From positions 22,527-50,791 of the forward strand of contig CAZYED010000001.1 of assembly GCA_964646295.1 (NCBI GenBank): 28,265 nucleotides of DNA, read 5' to 3'. The stretch comes from an uncultured Candidatus Saccharibacteria bacterium (GTDB lineage Bacteria; Patescibacteriota; Minisyncoccia; Sungbacterales; HO2-52-23). Each line of letters starts with the position of its first letter. Positions within the stretch are counted from its first letter, which is position 1. Positions 16,371 through 24,908 of this stretch are shown piece by piece. The notes beneath the pieces are model-generated. The model searched no databases and was not told the DNA's origin. It saw only the letters and a list, made by a program, of their open reading frames with translations. A program made the position numbers and the translations under genes.

Positions 16371-16648
16371 GTTATCGCCTGCAGTATCATGCATTGGTAG
16401 CAAACATAGATATACCCGCTCTGCCGGAAGAATGGCGGGAGCGGATACGGCGCGCGATAGAAGAACGCTTGGCCACGCATCCGGAAGTTTATGGCAAGCC
16501 CCTGCGCAGATCACTCAAAGGATACAGAAAATTCCGCGTGGGTGACTATAGAGTAATTTTTAGAATTGAACAGAATGACGTAAAGATTTTTGTGATTCAG
16601 CATCGATCGCGTGTGTACGAATCCGCAGAAAAACGTCTACATCCATGA
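16367..16648 (+). CDS. RelE/ParE superfamily toxin
   Basis: GKPLRRSLKGYRKFRVGDYRVIF and IQHRSRVY. Confidence 0.88.
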   Translation: MSYRLQYHALVANIDIPALPEEWRERIRRAIEERLATHPEVYGKPLRRSLKGYRKFRVGDYRVIFRIEQNDVKIFVIQHRSRVYESAEKRLHP

Positions 16649-17529
16649 CTCCACAGCTTTTTGACGTCCATACGCATACGCAGTTTGCCGCATACGCGGA
16701 AGATAAAGATGCGGTGATCCGGCGCGCGCTGGATGTAGGTGTTTGGATCGTGAATGTCGGCACCCAGCGTGATACGTCGGAGGCGGCGGTGGAGACCGCG
16801 CACCGGTACGCGGAGGGCATATACGCGGCAGTGGGCCTGCATCCGGTGCATACGGAGAAGTCGTATCATGACAAACAGGAATTGGGAATTACGAATCAGG
16901 AATCAGGGACTGGATTTACGTCGCGCGGAGAGGAGTTTGATTTTGAGTATTATAAAAAGCTTGCTCAAGACCCGAAAGTCGTCGCGATCGGCGAATGCGG
17001 CTTGGATTACTATCGTCTGGGAGAGGAAACGAAAGAAAGACAAAAAGAGGCGTTTTTGAAGCAGATCGCACTTGCGCACGAGGTCCGTAAGCCCCTCATG
17101 ATCCATTGCCGCAATGCATTTGCGGATTTAGTAGCAGTCCTACAAGCTACAAGCTACCAGTTACAAGCTTCCGCAGGCGTTATCCATTTCTTTGCAGGCA
17201 CCGTGGACGATGCGCGAGCGCTCCTTAACCTCGGATTTTCATTCTCATTTGGCGGCGTCATCACGTTTGCCCGCGACTATGATGAGGTGGTACGCTATAT
17301 ACCGATAGAGAGGATTGTGCTTGAGACGGATGCGCCTTACATTACGCCTGTGCCGTACCGAGGCCGCCGCAACGAACCGGCATATATTAAAAAAAAAAAA
17401 AAAAAGCTCGCTGAAATTAAAGCGCTGCCGTACGAGACGGCAGCAGAGATCACGACGAAAAACGCGATGAGGTGCTTAGGACTTACGCAAGCTCCTCCCA
17501 CCAGTAATACGAAGGATCCTCTTGCATAA
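16645..17529 (+). CDS. tatD: TatD family nuclease/hydrolase
   Basis: FDVHTH, AAVGLHP, AIGECGLDY, IHCRNA and VLETDAPY. Contains an A17 run at 17389-17405. Confidence 0.93.
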   Translation: MTPQLFDVHTHTQFAAYAEDKDAVIRRALDVGVWIVNVGTQRDTSEAAVETAHRYAEGIYAAVGLHPVHTEKSYHDKQELGITNQESGTGFTSRGEEFDFEYYKKLAQDPKVVAIGECGLDYYRLGEETKERQKEAFLKQIALAHEVRKPLMIHCRNAFADLVAVLQATSYQLQASAGVIHFFAGTVDDARALLNLGFSFSFGGVITFARDYDEVVRYIPIERIVLETDAPYITPVPYRGRRNEPAYIKKKKKKLAEIKALPYETAAEITTKNAMRCLGLTQAPPTSNTKDPLA

Positions 17530-18247
17530 AATTATCCTCCTGTCGGGCATGAGCTACGCAGAAGTAGTGGTTGCCTGTGAATTGCGTATGCCGTACATAC
17601 CTGGCGGCTCCTCCGCATTCCATGCAGAGCCGGAATTTTGCGATAGTACTCTCGCGCATAGAGGCGAGGCGTCCCCGGTTGTACTGGAGCATACGGTCAA
17701 ATGATTCCGCTTGTGCCATTGCATCCACGAGCGCATGGTGAGTATTGCGCCGCTTGACCGGATAGAAGTCAGGGGATATGCGCATGTCGGCGTATGAGCA
17801 GGCGGCCATGCCCATATAGTACGATCCTGCATCGAGCGCGCTGATACCGAAAGGATTCTCAATCTTGTACCGTTGGAAATAGGCATCAACTATGCTCCAG
17901 TCGGCGTGGGCGCTGAATGCCACAAAGATGGGCACGGTGTCTCGCGATACTATCCTAACCCATTCGGCAAATGCCTCCATAGCTGAAGCGGGGTTATCGC
18001 CTCGTTCATGCAGGACTGAAAGAACTGCGATTGGCTTTCCCACGACAGGTTCTCTCTTGAGAATGTCTGCCATGGTCTCTTCGGAAAAAATAGGCACAGC
18101 GATTGCCGCAGGGTCATATGCGTCATTGAGCGGCTGCAATTCCCGATAAAACATAAGCGTCTCGTCAGCTACCACACAAGCGCCAAGGGAAAGCATGTTT
18201 CCTTTGCCTGCGCTTTCGGTATCTACGGAGATATAGCGCTCGTGCAT
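17483..18247 (-). CDS. DEDDh 3'-5' exonuclease (RNase AS/Rv2179c-like) with a C-terminal Cys/His extension
   Basis: YISVDTES, ADWSIV..YF, NPFG..ALD and HHALVDA motifs. ATG 18247 has SD GGAGGG. Confidence 0.78.
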   Translation of the reverse strand: MHERYISVDTESAGKGNMLSLGACVVADETLMFYRELQPLNDAYDPAAIAVPIFSEETMADILKREPVVGKPIAVLSVLHERGDNPASAMEAFAEWVRIVSRDTVPIFVAFSAHADWSIVDAYFQRYKIENPFGISALDAGSYYMGMAACSYADMRISPDFYPVKRRNTHHALVDAMAQAESFDRMLQYNRGRLASMRESTIAKFRLCMECGGAARYVRHTQFTGNHYFCVAHARQEDNFMQEDPSYYWWEELA

Positions 18248-18389
18248 TGCCAGAGCCCTCCCCTTCCAGTGGTTTCGGGTTTTCAAGGTGCGCATTCCTT
18301 TGCGCGGGAGATCATCTTTGCACAAAAGACAAGGCTTGGCAAATGCGGTTTTTTTCCTTACTGTTAGTAACAGATAATCTACGTCATCT

Positions 18390-21300
18390 ATGCGTTATCA
18401 TCCTCAAAAAATAGAGAAGAAATGGCAGGCTCGCTGGCTTAAGGAAAAGACATACGAGCCCGATCTCAAGCGGGCAAAAAAGCCTTTTTATAATCTCATG
18501 ATGTTTCCGTATCCCTCCGCGGAGGGGCTTCATGTGGGCAATATGTATGCGTTTACGGGGTCTGACATCTACGGCCGCCTGAAACGGATGCAGGGATACG
18601 ACGTATTTGAGCCCATTGGTTTGGACGGATTCGGGATCCACTCGGAAAACTACGCGATCAAAATCGGCGCGCATCCGATGAAGCAGGCGAAGATCTCCGA
18701 AAAGAATTTTTATCGCCAACTTGCCATGATCGGCAACGGATTTGCGTGGCGCGAGCATCTGGAGACCTATGACCCCGAATACTACAAATGGACGCAGTGG
18801 ATCTTTATCCAAATGTTTAAGCAAGGCCTTGCATATCGCAAGAAGCAGGCGGTCAACTGGTGCCCATCGTGCAAGACGGTACTGGCCGACGAGCAGGTGA
18901 TCGCGGGCAAGTGCGAGCGATGCGGATCCACGGTGATCAAAAAAGAGCTTGAGCAGTGGTTTTTCCGCATCACCAAGTATGCGCCGCATCTTTTGAAAAA
19001 TCTCCAGACGCTTGACTGGTCAGAGCGCGTGAAGATCGCACAGCGCGAATGGATCGGTCGGAGCGACGGAGCCATGATTTCTTTTGAAATCCGTCGCTCC
19101 GCGCGGAATGTCACAGACAGAACGCAGAATATCGCAGAAAATGTTCAGCGTGATTCTGCGTCAAGTCAGCGAGAATCTGCGACGTTGACAACAGTCAACG
19201 TATTTACGACGCGGCCCGATACATTGTTTGGCGCGACGTATCTGGTCGTGGCGCCGGAGCATGTGGTGATCAGGAATCAGGAATCAAGAATCAGGAATTA
19301 TGGAGAGGTCACGAAATATGCGGAGCAAGCGCGGGGCAAGGCGGAAGCGGACAGGATTGCGGAGGGGCGGGAGAAGACAGGGGTTGAGCTGAAAGGTATC
19401 AAAGCGATCAATCCCGCAAACAATGAAGAGATACCGATCTTTGTCGCGGACTATGTGCTCGCAGGATATGGTACGGGTGCCATCATGGCAGTACCCTCAC
19501 ACGACGGGCGCGATCTGGAGTTTGCGCGAAAGTACGGGATTCCCGAGCGCACAGTGATCGTGCGACAGAGCATGAAGTGCGTACTGGTACACGGATGCCC
19601 CGCCAAACCGGAAGATAGGGTGGACGTGACAAAAGCGAGCGACAAGCATTGGATCCCGTGGATGAGGGAGCAGATGCAAAAGAATAAGATTCGGGTATTT
19701 ACGCCCCTTATGCCGGAGCCCTGGAAGCCCGACTATGCGGCATGGAAGAAAGAATTTGAAAAAATACCGGTGGATGAAAATACCGTGGTTGTGGGGCACA
19801 GTTGCGGCGGGGCATTTCTCGTCCGGTGGCTTGGAGAGACGCAGAGGAAAGTGAAGAAGCTGATTTTACTCGCCGGAGCGAAAATTCCGGCGGATGATGC
19901 GAACGAGGTTATACGCAATCTGTATGATTTTGATATTGACCCGCGTATACGCGACAACGTCGGCGAGATCGCCGTCTTGATTTCCGATGACGATGAGGAG
20001 CGACACAGAAAGTCAGCCGTACTGTACGCTGAGGCGCTCCACGGGAGGCTCGTGAAGTTTAAGGGCAAGGGGCATTTCCTTTTCAAGCAGATGGGGACGA
20101 ATGCCCTTCCGGAGCTTTTTGACGAAATTTTGAAGACCGCCGATGCATATACGGAAGGCGGCACGGTGGTAAATTCCGGGACGTTCAATGGCATGGACTG
20201 GCAAATGGCCAAAGGGGAAATTACCAAGTCTGTAAACGGAAAACTTGTAACGACATATCATCTTCGCGATTGGCTTGTATCACGCCAGCGCTACTGGGCG
20301 CCGCCGATTCCGATGATCTTCTGCGATGCATGCGCGGCGGCGAAAAGGGGCGAGCGCGCCGAAATGCCCGGATGGTATACGGCTCCCGCCAAAACCCTGC
20401 CGGTAAAGCTTCCGTTTATCAAAAACTTCCGTCCCACGGGGAGCGATCAGTCGCCGCTTGCGGGTGTGGCGAAGTTTTACCGCGTCCGGTGTCCCGCCTG
20501 CCGCGCGTGGGCGCGGCGCGAGACAGATGTCTCGGATACGTTTTTGGATTCGGCATGGTACTATCTGCGGTATCCCAGTGTCGGCGACAAAAAATACGCA
20601 TGGAATCCCGCTATTACAAAAAAATGGCTTCCGGTGACGCGCTATATGGGAGGTGCGGAGCACTCGGTACTGCATTTGCTCTATGTGCGGTTTTTGGCGA
20701 TGGCCCTGCACGATGCCGGGCTGGTGGATTTTGAAGAGCCGATGCCGACGTTTCGCGCGCACGGCCTCATCATCAAGGATGGCGCCAAGATGTCCAAATC
20801 CAAAGGGAACATCATCAATCCCGATGAATATATCCGCGCCTACGGCGCGGACGCGCTCCGCATGTATCTCATGTTTTTGGCGCCATGGGAGCAGGGGGGG
20901 GATTTCCGCGACGCGGGTATCAAGGGGATCACGCGGTTTTTGGAAAGAGCATGGAAGTTTGCGGATGCCAGACTGCAGACCGCAGATACGTCGCAAGTCT
21001 TAAACCCCGATGTGCAGATGCTGATGCACAAGACCATCAAGAAAGTAGGCGAGGATATAGAAAATCTGCAGTACAATACGGCGATTTCGTCGCTTATGAT
21101 ACTGTTGAATACAATTGAGACATCGTCCGATGCAGTGAGCCTTGAGGATATAAAAGTATTTTTGAAACTGCTCGCGCCTTTTGCTCCTCATATCACCGAG
21201 GATCTCTGGCAACGACATCGTCCTATAACCTACAACCTACAACCTACGATCTTTCGTTCAATTCATCGTGAGCCGTGGCCGGAGTATGATCCGCGTATGA

Positions 21301-21494
21301 TAGTTGAGAAGACGTTTGAGCTCGTGGTGCAGGTGAATGGCAAAATGCGCGGCCGTATCACTCTGCCCGCGGGGGCTGGCGAGGCGCAGGCCGTGGCCGC
21401 GGCGCGCGGGATGGACACCGTGAGACCGTATCTTATTTCCGAGCCGCGCAAAGTGATCTTTGTTCCGGATCGTCTCATCAATTTTGTCACGTAA
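18390..21494 (+). CDS. leuS: Leucyl-tRNA synthetase with an inserted alpha/beta-hydrolase domain
   Basis: MFPYPSAEGLHVGN, FTTRPDT, GTGAIMAVPSHD, DW..SRQRYW, DTFLDSAWY and KMSKS. The insertion spans 19572-20135. Confidence 0.96.
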   Translation: MRYHPQKIEKKWQARWLKEKTYEPDLKRAKKPFYNLMMFPYPSAEGLHVGNMYAFTGSDIYGRLKRMQGYDVFEPIGLDGFGIHSENYAIKIGAHPMKQAKISEKNFYRQLAMIGNGFAWREHLETYDPEYYKWTQWIFIQMFKQGLAYRKKQAVNWCPSCKTVLADEQVIAGKCERCGSTVIKKELEQWFFRITKYAPHLLKNLQTLDWSERVKIAQREWIGRSDGAMISFEIRRSARNVTDRTQNIAENVQRDSASSQRESATLTTVNVFTTRPDTLFGATYLVVAPEHVVIRNQESRIRNYGEVTKYAEQARGKAEADRIAEGREKTGVELKGIKAINPANNEEIPIFVADYVLAGYGTGAIMAVPSHDGRDLEFARKYGIPERTVIVRQSMKCVLVHGCPAKPEDRVDVTKASDKHWIPWMREQMQKNKIRVFTPLMPEPWKPDYAAWKKEFEKIPVDENTVVVGHSCGGAFLVRWLGETQRKVKKLILLAGAKIPADDANEVIRNLYDFDIDPRIRDNVGEIAVLISDDDEERHRKSAVLYAEALHGRLVKFKGKGHFLFKQMGTNALPELFDEILKTADAYTEGGTVVNSGTFNGMDWQMAKGEITKSVNGKLVTTYHLRDWLVSRQRYWAPPIPMIFCDACAAAKRGERAEMPGWYTAPAKTLPVKLPFIKNFRPTGSDQSPLAGVAKFYRVRCPACRAWARRETDVSDTFLDSAWYYLRYPSVGDKKYAWNPAITKKWLPVTRYMGGAEHSVLHLLYVRFLAMALHDAGLVDFEEPMPTFRAHGLIIKDGAKMSKSKGNIINPDEYIRAYGADALRMYLMFLAPWEQGGDFRDAGIKGITRFLERAWKFADARLQTADTSQVLNPDVQMLMHKTIKKVGEDIENLQYNTAISSLMILLNTIETSSDAVSLEDIKVFLKLLAPFAPHITEDLWQRHRPITYNLQPTIFRSIHREPWPEYDPRMIVEKTFELVVQVNGKMRGRITLPAGAGEAQAVAAARGMDTVRPYLISEPRKVIFVPDRLINFVT
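19102..19181. repeat. In-frame palindromic repeat element inside leuS
   Basis: Four CGC(A/G)GA-like units followed by four complementary TC(T/A)GCG units, each at about 10-bp spacing. Confidence 0.65.
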
Positions 21495-21524
21495 CACTGC
21501 ATTCCCGGAAAGCGTTGCATACGT

Positions 21525-21968
21525 ATGATTGCCTATAAGCCATTAAAGAGCGTCGGAGGTGTCGCGCGCCGAGAGGTGCATGCGCTCCTGCGGGAGCTTT
21601 CGGACAGTGCGGCAAAGAAATTTTCAGCGCCCACGCTCGCGCGCGCGCTCCGCGATGCAAATACATATATTTTGACCGCACAGGACGGCGGCGCGATCAT
21701 AGGTACGGGGACGCTTATCGTCATGGCGACCGCCACGGGCCTGCGTGGCAGGATAGAAGACGTGGTGGTGGCGTCTTCGCATCGGGGACAAGGGATCGGC
21801 CGCGAGATCATGCGCCGACTCATCGCGGAAGCCCGCCGGCGCCGCCTTGCGCAGGTGGAGCTGACCAGCGCTCCCGCGCGTGTCGCGGCAAATCATCTTT
21901 ATCAAGCGCTCGGGTTTTCTTTGCGCGAGACCAATGTGTACAAACTTGTCTTATCCGCCGGAAAATAA
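21525..21968 (+). CDS. GNAT family N-acetyltransferase
   Basis: IEDVVVASSHRGQGIG acetyl-CoA motif; ANHLYQALGF. Confidence 0.9.
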   Translation: MIAYKPLKSVGGVARREVHALLRELSDSAAKKFSAPTLARALRDANTYILTAQDGGAIIGTGTLIVMATATGLRGRIEDVVVASSHRGQGIGREIMRRLIAEARRRRLAQVELTSAPARVAANHLYQALGFSLRETNVYKLVLSAGK

Positions 21969-21976
21969 CAATCTCT

Positions 21977-22597
21977 ATGATCCTGATTCTTGATTTTGAC
22001 GGGGTGCTTTTTGACGGTGAAAAGTTCAAGCAAGACTATCTGCGCATTTTCAGCGATGCGGGAATCGCATCAGACGATGTCCGCATGGCGTACCGCGCAG
22101 GGAGGACGCATCCCAAAGGATACCATCATGTATTGACCGCGCGCGTAGCGCCTCACATAAACGCAAAAGAGCTTGCCCGGCGCACCCAAGCGCTTCTGGA
22201 TAAATCACCTCGCTATCTTTACCCCGATGCAAGGCAGTTTCTGCAGTGGTGCAGGCGTACGGGTATCACTCTTGCGATCGTAAGCCGCGGCCCCGCATTT
22301 CAAAAAAAGAAGATCACTGCATCCGGCATCGCGCGATCATTCAAAAAAATAACCGTCATACCTATGGGGCCAAAGAGCGAGGCGGTGCATGCGATCATGC
22401 GCGCGCATCCGCGACATCACGCGACCTTTGTGGACGACACGGCAGAAGTAGTGGACGAAGTGAAGCGCTCTCTCCCCACGCTTACGGCAGTGCAGATGAC
22501 GCGGCGGCGGAGAATTGAGAAAAGCGCCGTGGCAGATGCCCGTGTTGCGGATTTTGCAGGCGTCATGCGGGTCATTCGCAAGACCTTGCGTAGCTGA
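21977..22597 (+). CDS. HAD-superfamily hydrolase
   Basis: Motif I LDFDGVL, motif II IVS, motif IV FVDD. Confidence 0.85.
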   Translation: MILILDFDGVLFDGEKFKQDYLRIFSDAGIASDDVRMAYRAGRTHPKGYHHVLTARVAPHINAKELARRTQALLDKSPRYLYPDARQFLQWCRRTGITLAIVSRGPAFQKKKITASGIARSFKKITVIPMGPKSEAVHAIMRAHPRHHATFVDDTAEVVDEVKRSLPTLTAVQMTRRRRIEKSAVADARVADFAGVMRVIRKTLRS

Positions 22598-22621
22598 TCC
22601 GGCGTCTGCTAGGATCGTCTC

Positions 22622-23257
22622 ATGAAGACGATTCTCCTTACCGACGATTCTTTTGTCTCTGTCCTTGCGGAGACAAAGCGCACGCTTATGGCAGGCGGGA
22701 TCGTGATAGCGCCCACGGATACTGTGTACGGGACTTTAGGGGATGCCGCAAACGAGCGCGCGATCCGCGCGATGTTTGCCATCAAACGGCGTCCCGAAGA
22801 AAAGGCATTCCCCATCTTTGTCAGAGATATCGCCTCTGCGCGCCGCTACGCCTATATCTCCGATGAAAAAGCAAAATTTCTTGAGCGCGTATGGCCGGGT
22901 GCCGTAACTGCAGTATTTCAACACAAAAGCAAACTGCCGACACTGCTGACAGGAGGCCGCGATACGATCGGCATCCGCATGCCGGATCATCAATTCCTTC
23001 TCAAGCTCTTGGCGGAACTTTCAGCGCCGCTTGCTCAAACTTCAGCCAACATTTCATCCGAGTCTCCGGCCAAAACCGCAGAGGAGGCGATACGATATTT
23101 TGAAAAAAGCGAAATCAAGCCCGACCTTGTCATAGATGGCGGCACGGTACCCGGAGTTTCCTCCACCGTCATTGACTGCACAGGAGTATCCCCGCTCATT
23201 CTCCGGACAGGTATCATGACCAAACAAGAGCTTGACCACCTGCTGGATAGTTTTTGA
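22622..23257 (+). CDS. tsaC: L-threonylcarbamoyladenylate synthase (TsaC/Sua5)
   Basis: PTDTVYG, IK.R...K, WPGAVT, IGIRMP, TSANIS and SSTVID. Confidence 0.93.
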   Translation: MKTILLTDDSFVSVLAETKRTLMAGGIVIAPTDTVYGTLGDAANERAIRAMFAIKRRPEEKAFPIFVRDIASARRYAYISDEKAKFLERVWPGAVTAVFQHKSKLPTLLTGGRDTIGIRMPDHQFLLKLLAELSAPLAQTSANISSESPAKTAEEAIRYFEKSEIKPDLVIDGGTVPGVSSTVIDCTGVSPLILRTGIMTKQELDHLLDSF

Positions 23258-23278
23258 GATAGGTTCTACTATATCCGT

Positions 23279-23875
23279 ATGACTCGATCAGCGCTTTCCC
23301 GCATTTTGGATACCAAGACTCATTCCGAGCACCGGCTCATCCGCGATTTTGACACGCTCAAAAAGGTAGTTGAAGATCTGAAGAAAAAAGGCAAGAAGAT
23401 CGTGCTCACCCAGGGCGTATGGGATCTGATACACGAGGGACACGCCAAATATCTGGAAGCCGCCAAATCCTATGGCGACGTACTGGTCGTAGGCCTTGAT
23501 TCGGATGAGCTCACGCGCGCGCGAAAAGGCCCCAACAGACCGATCGTACCCGAAAAAGAGCGGATTGAGATGCTCACGCACCTGCGGCATGTGGATATTG
23601 TCACCGTGCGGGAGCTTGATCACGACATCGGCCACCTCATACGCCTCGTGCGGCCCCATGTGCTCGTAACATCCTCCAGCACCGCCGACTTCAAAAGCGA
23701 TCTGAAAACAGGCACATACGACGAATTCTGCAAAAAAGTCGTTACCCTGCCTCCGCAGGCGACGACGCATACCAGCGCCCGCATACGCAATCTGACCATA
23801 GACGGCGTAGAACAGCTCGCGCGCGAAGTGGACATGCTCACCAAGAGTTTTGTAAAAAAAATCCGCTCCGCATGA
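23279..23875 (+). CDS. Cytidylyl/adenylyltransferase (RfaE domain II-like)
   Basis: GVWDLIHEGH, LVVGLDSD and KGPNRPI. Confidence 0.88.
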   Translation: MTRSALSRILDTKTHSEHRLIRDFDTLKKVVEDLKKKGKKIVLTQGVWDLIHEGHAKYLEAAKSYGDVLVVGLDSDELTRARKGPNRPIVPEKERIEMLTHLRHVDIVTVRELDHDIGHLIRLVRPHVLVTSSSTADFKSDLKTGTYDEFCKKVVTLPPQATTHTSARIRNLTIDGVEQLAREVDMLTKSFVKKIRSA

Positions 23876-24711
23876 CTCACGTCTCCGTCATCTCGTATAT
23901 TCCGGCGATCCACAAAGGATATGTGGATTTTTTCAAAAAGTATTTCGCGGGGACGCTCTATATACTCGCAGAGGATCTCGTACGCGAAGTGCCGCGAATG
24001 GAGCGCGATATCAGGGCGGTACAGCCCAAAGAAATAAAAGCGCTTTTGGAAGGACTAAAGATTTTTGAAAAAATCATAGTGCTTGACCGTGCTACTTTGC
24101 CGGAGCTTCAGAGCGATAGCGCGCCTATCGTCATGCCTGATGAAGACGTAAACAGGCATTTTGCTACAGAGTATCTTGCGGACAAAAAAGTGGAATTCGT
24201 ATCCATATTTCTTCGTTGGGACAAGCAGATATCCACCAAAGAAATGGAAGTGCCGCCCGACCGCGTGATCTCGCAGGCAGAAGCGGATAAAGAACTCATG
24301 GGTGCTGCGTTCAAAGAAGCCGAGAAAAGCCCCGACTGGTGGCGGCAAATAGGCGCGCTTGCCGTGCGCGATGGCAAAGTACTCATATTGGCGTACAACA
24401 AGCCCCTACCGTCCAAGGACTACACATTCGGCCCATTCGGCGATCCGCGTGCCAATTTTGACGCGGGCGTGAGTTTTGAGCTTGTCAAGACCATACATGC
24501 CGAAGCCGCAGTCATCAGCGAGGCCGCACGCGGCGGTACATCGCTTGATGGAGCTACCCTCTACGTCACCACATTCCCATGCCCGGTATGTGCCAAATCC
24601 ATAGCCGCCGCAGGCATCAAAAAGCTCTTCTACTCCAAAGGATACTCCCTCTTAGACGCCGAAGATGTGCTGAAAGCATATGGCGTTGAGATCGTGATGG
24701 TTCGAAACTGA
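23872..24711 (+). CDS. dCMP-type deaminase with an N-terminal extension
   Basis: IHAE and FPCPVC zinc motifs in the C-terminal half. Confidence 0.87.
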   Translation: MTHVSVISYIPAIHKGYVDFFKKYFAGTLYILAEDLVREVPRMERDIRAVQPKEIKALLEGLKIFEKIIVLDRATLPELQSDSAPIVMPDEDVNRHFATEYLADKKVEFVSIFLRWDKQISTKEMEVPPDRVISQAEADKELMGAAFKEAEKSPDWWRQIGALAVRDGKVLILAYNKPLPSKDYTFGPFGDPRANFDAGVSFELVKTIHAEAAVISEAARGGTSLDGATLYVTTFPCPVCAKSIAAAGIKKLFYSKGYSLLDAEDVLKAYGVEIVMVRN

Positions 24712-24838
24712 CTATATTTGGTTCGAAGGCAGGGAGCCATTTAGGCGGCTTTCCTCGTGAAAAATCTTCCATCTTAAATGTTAAATGAAGCATTAGCTAC
24801 ATGTTAATTGTTAAAAGTTAAGATGTCTTTGAAAACCC

Positions 24839-24867
24839 TTGACTTATGCCATTTTCTGCGCTAACAT
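24839..24867 (+). promoter_or_regulatory. Predicted sigma70 promoter of the Fic gene
   Basis: TTGACT-17 bp-TAACAT, with nearby repeated ATGTTAA-like heptamers. Confidence 0.55.
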
Positions 24868-24908
24868 GTTAAGTATTGAGTTCAAGCAATGTAAATAAGA
24901 CTAAGTAT

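Noticed and set aside
24698-24727. Two GGTTCGAA motifs resembling a tRNA T-loop
   Set aside because: No acceptor, D or anticodon stems can be folded around them, and one copy is inside the deaminase stop region.
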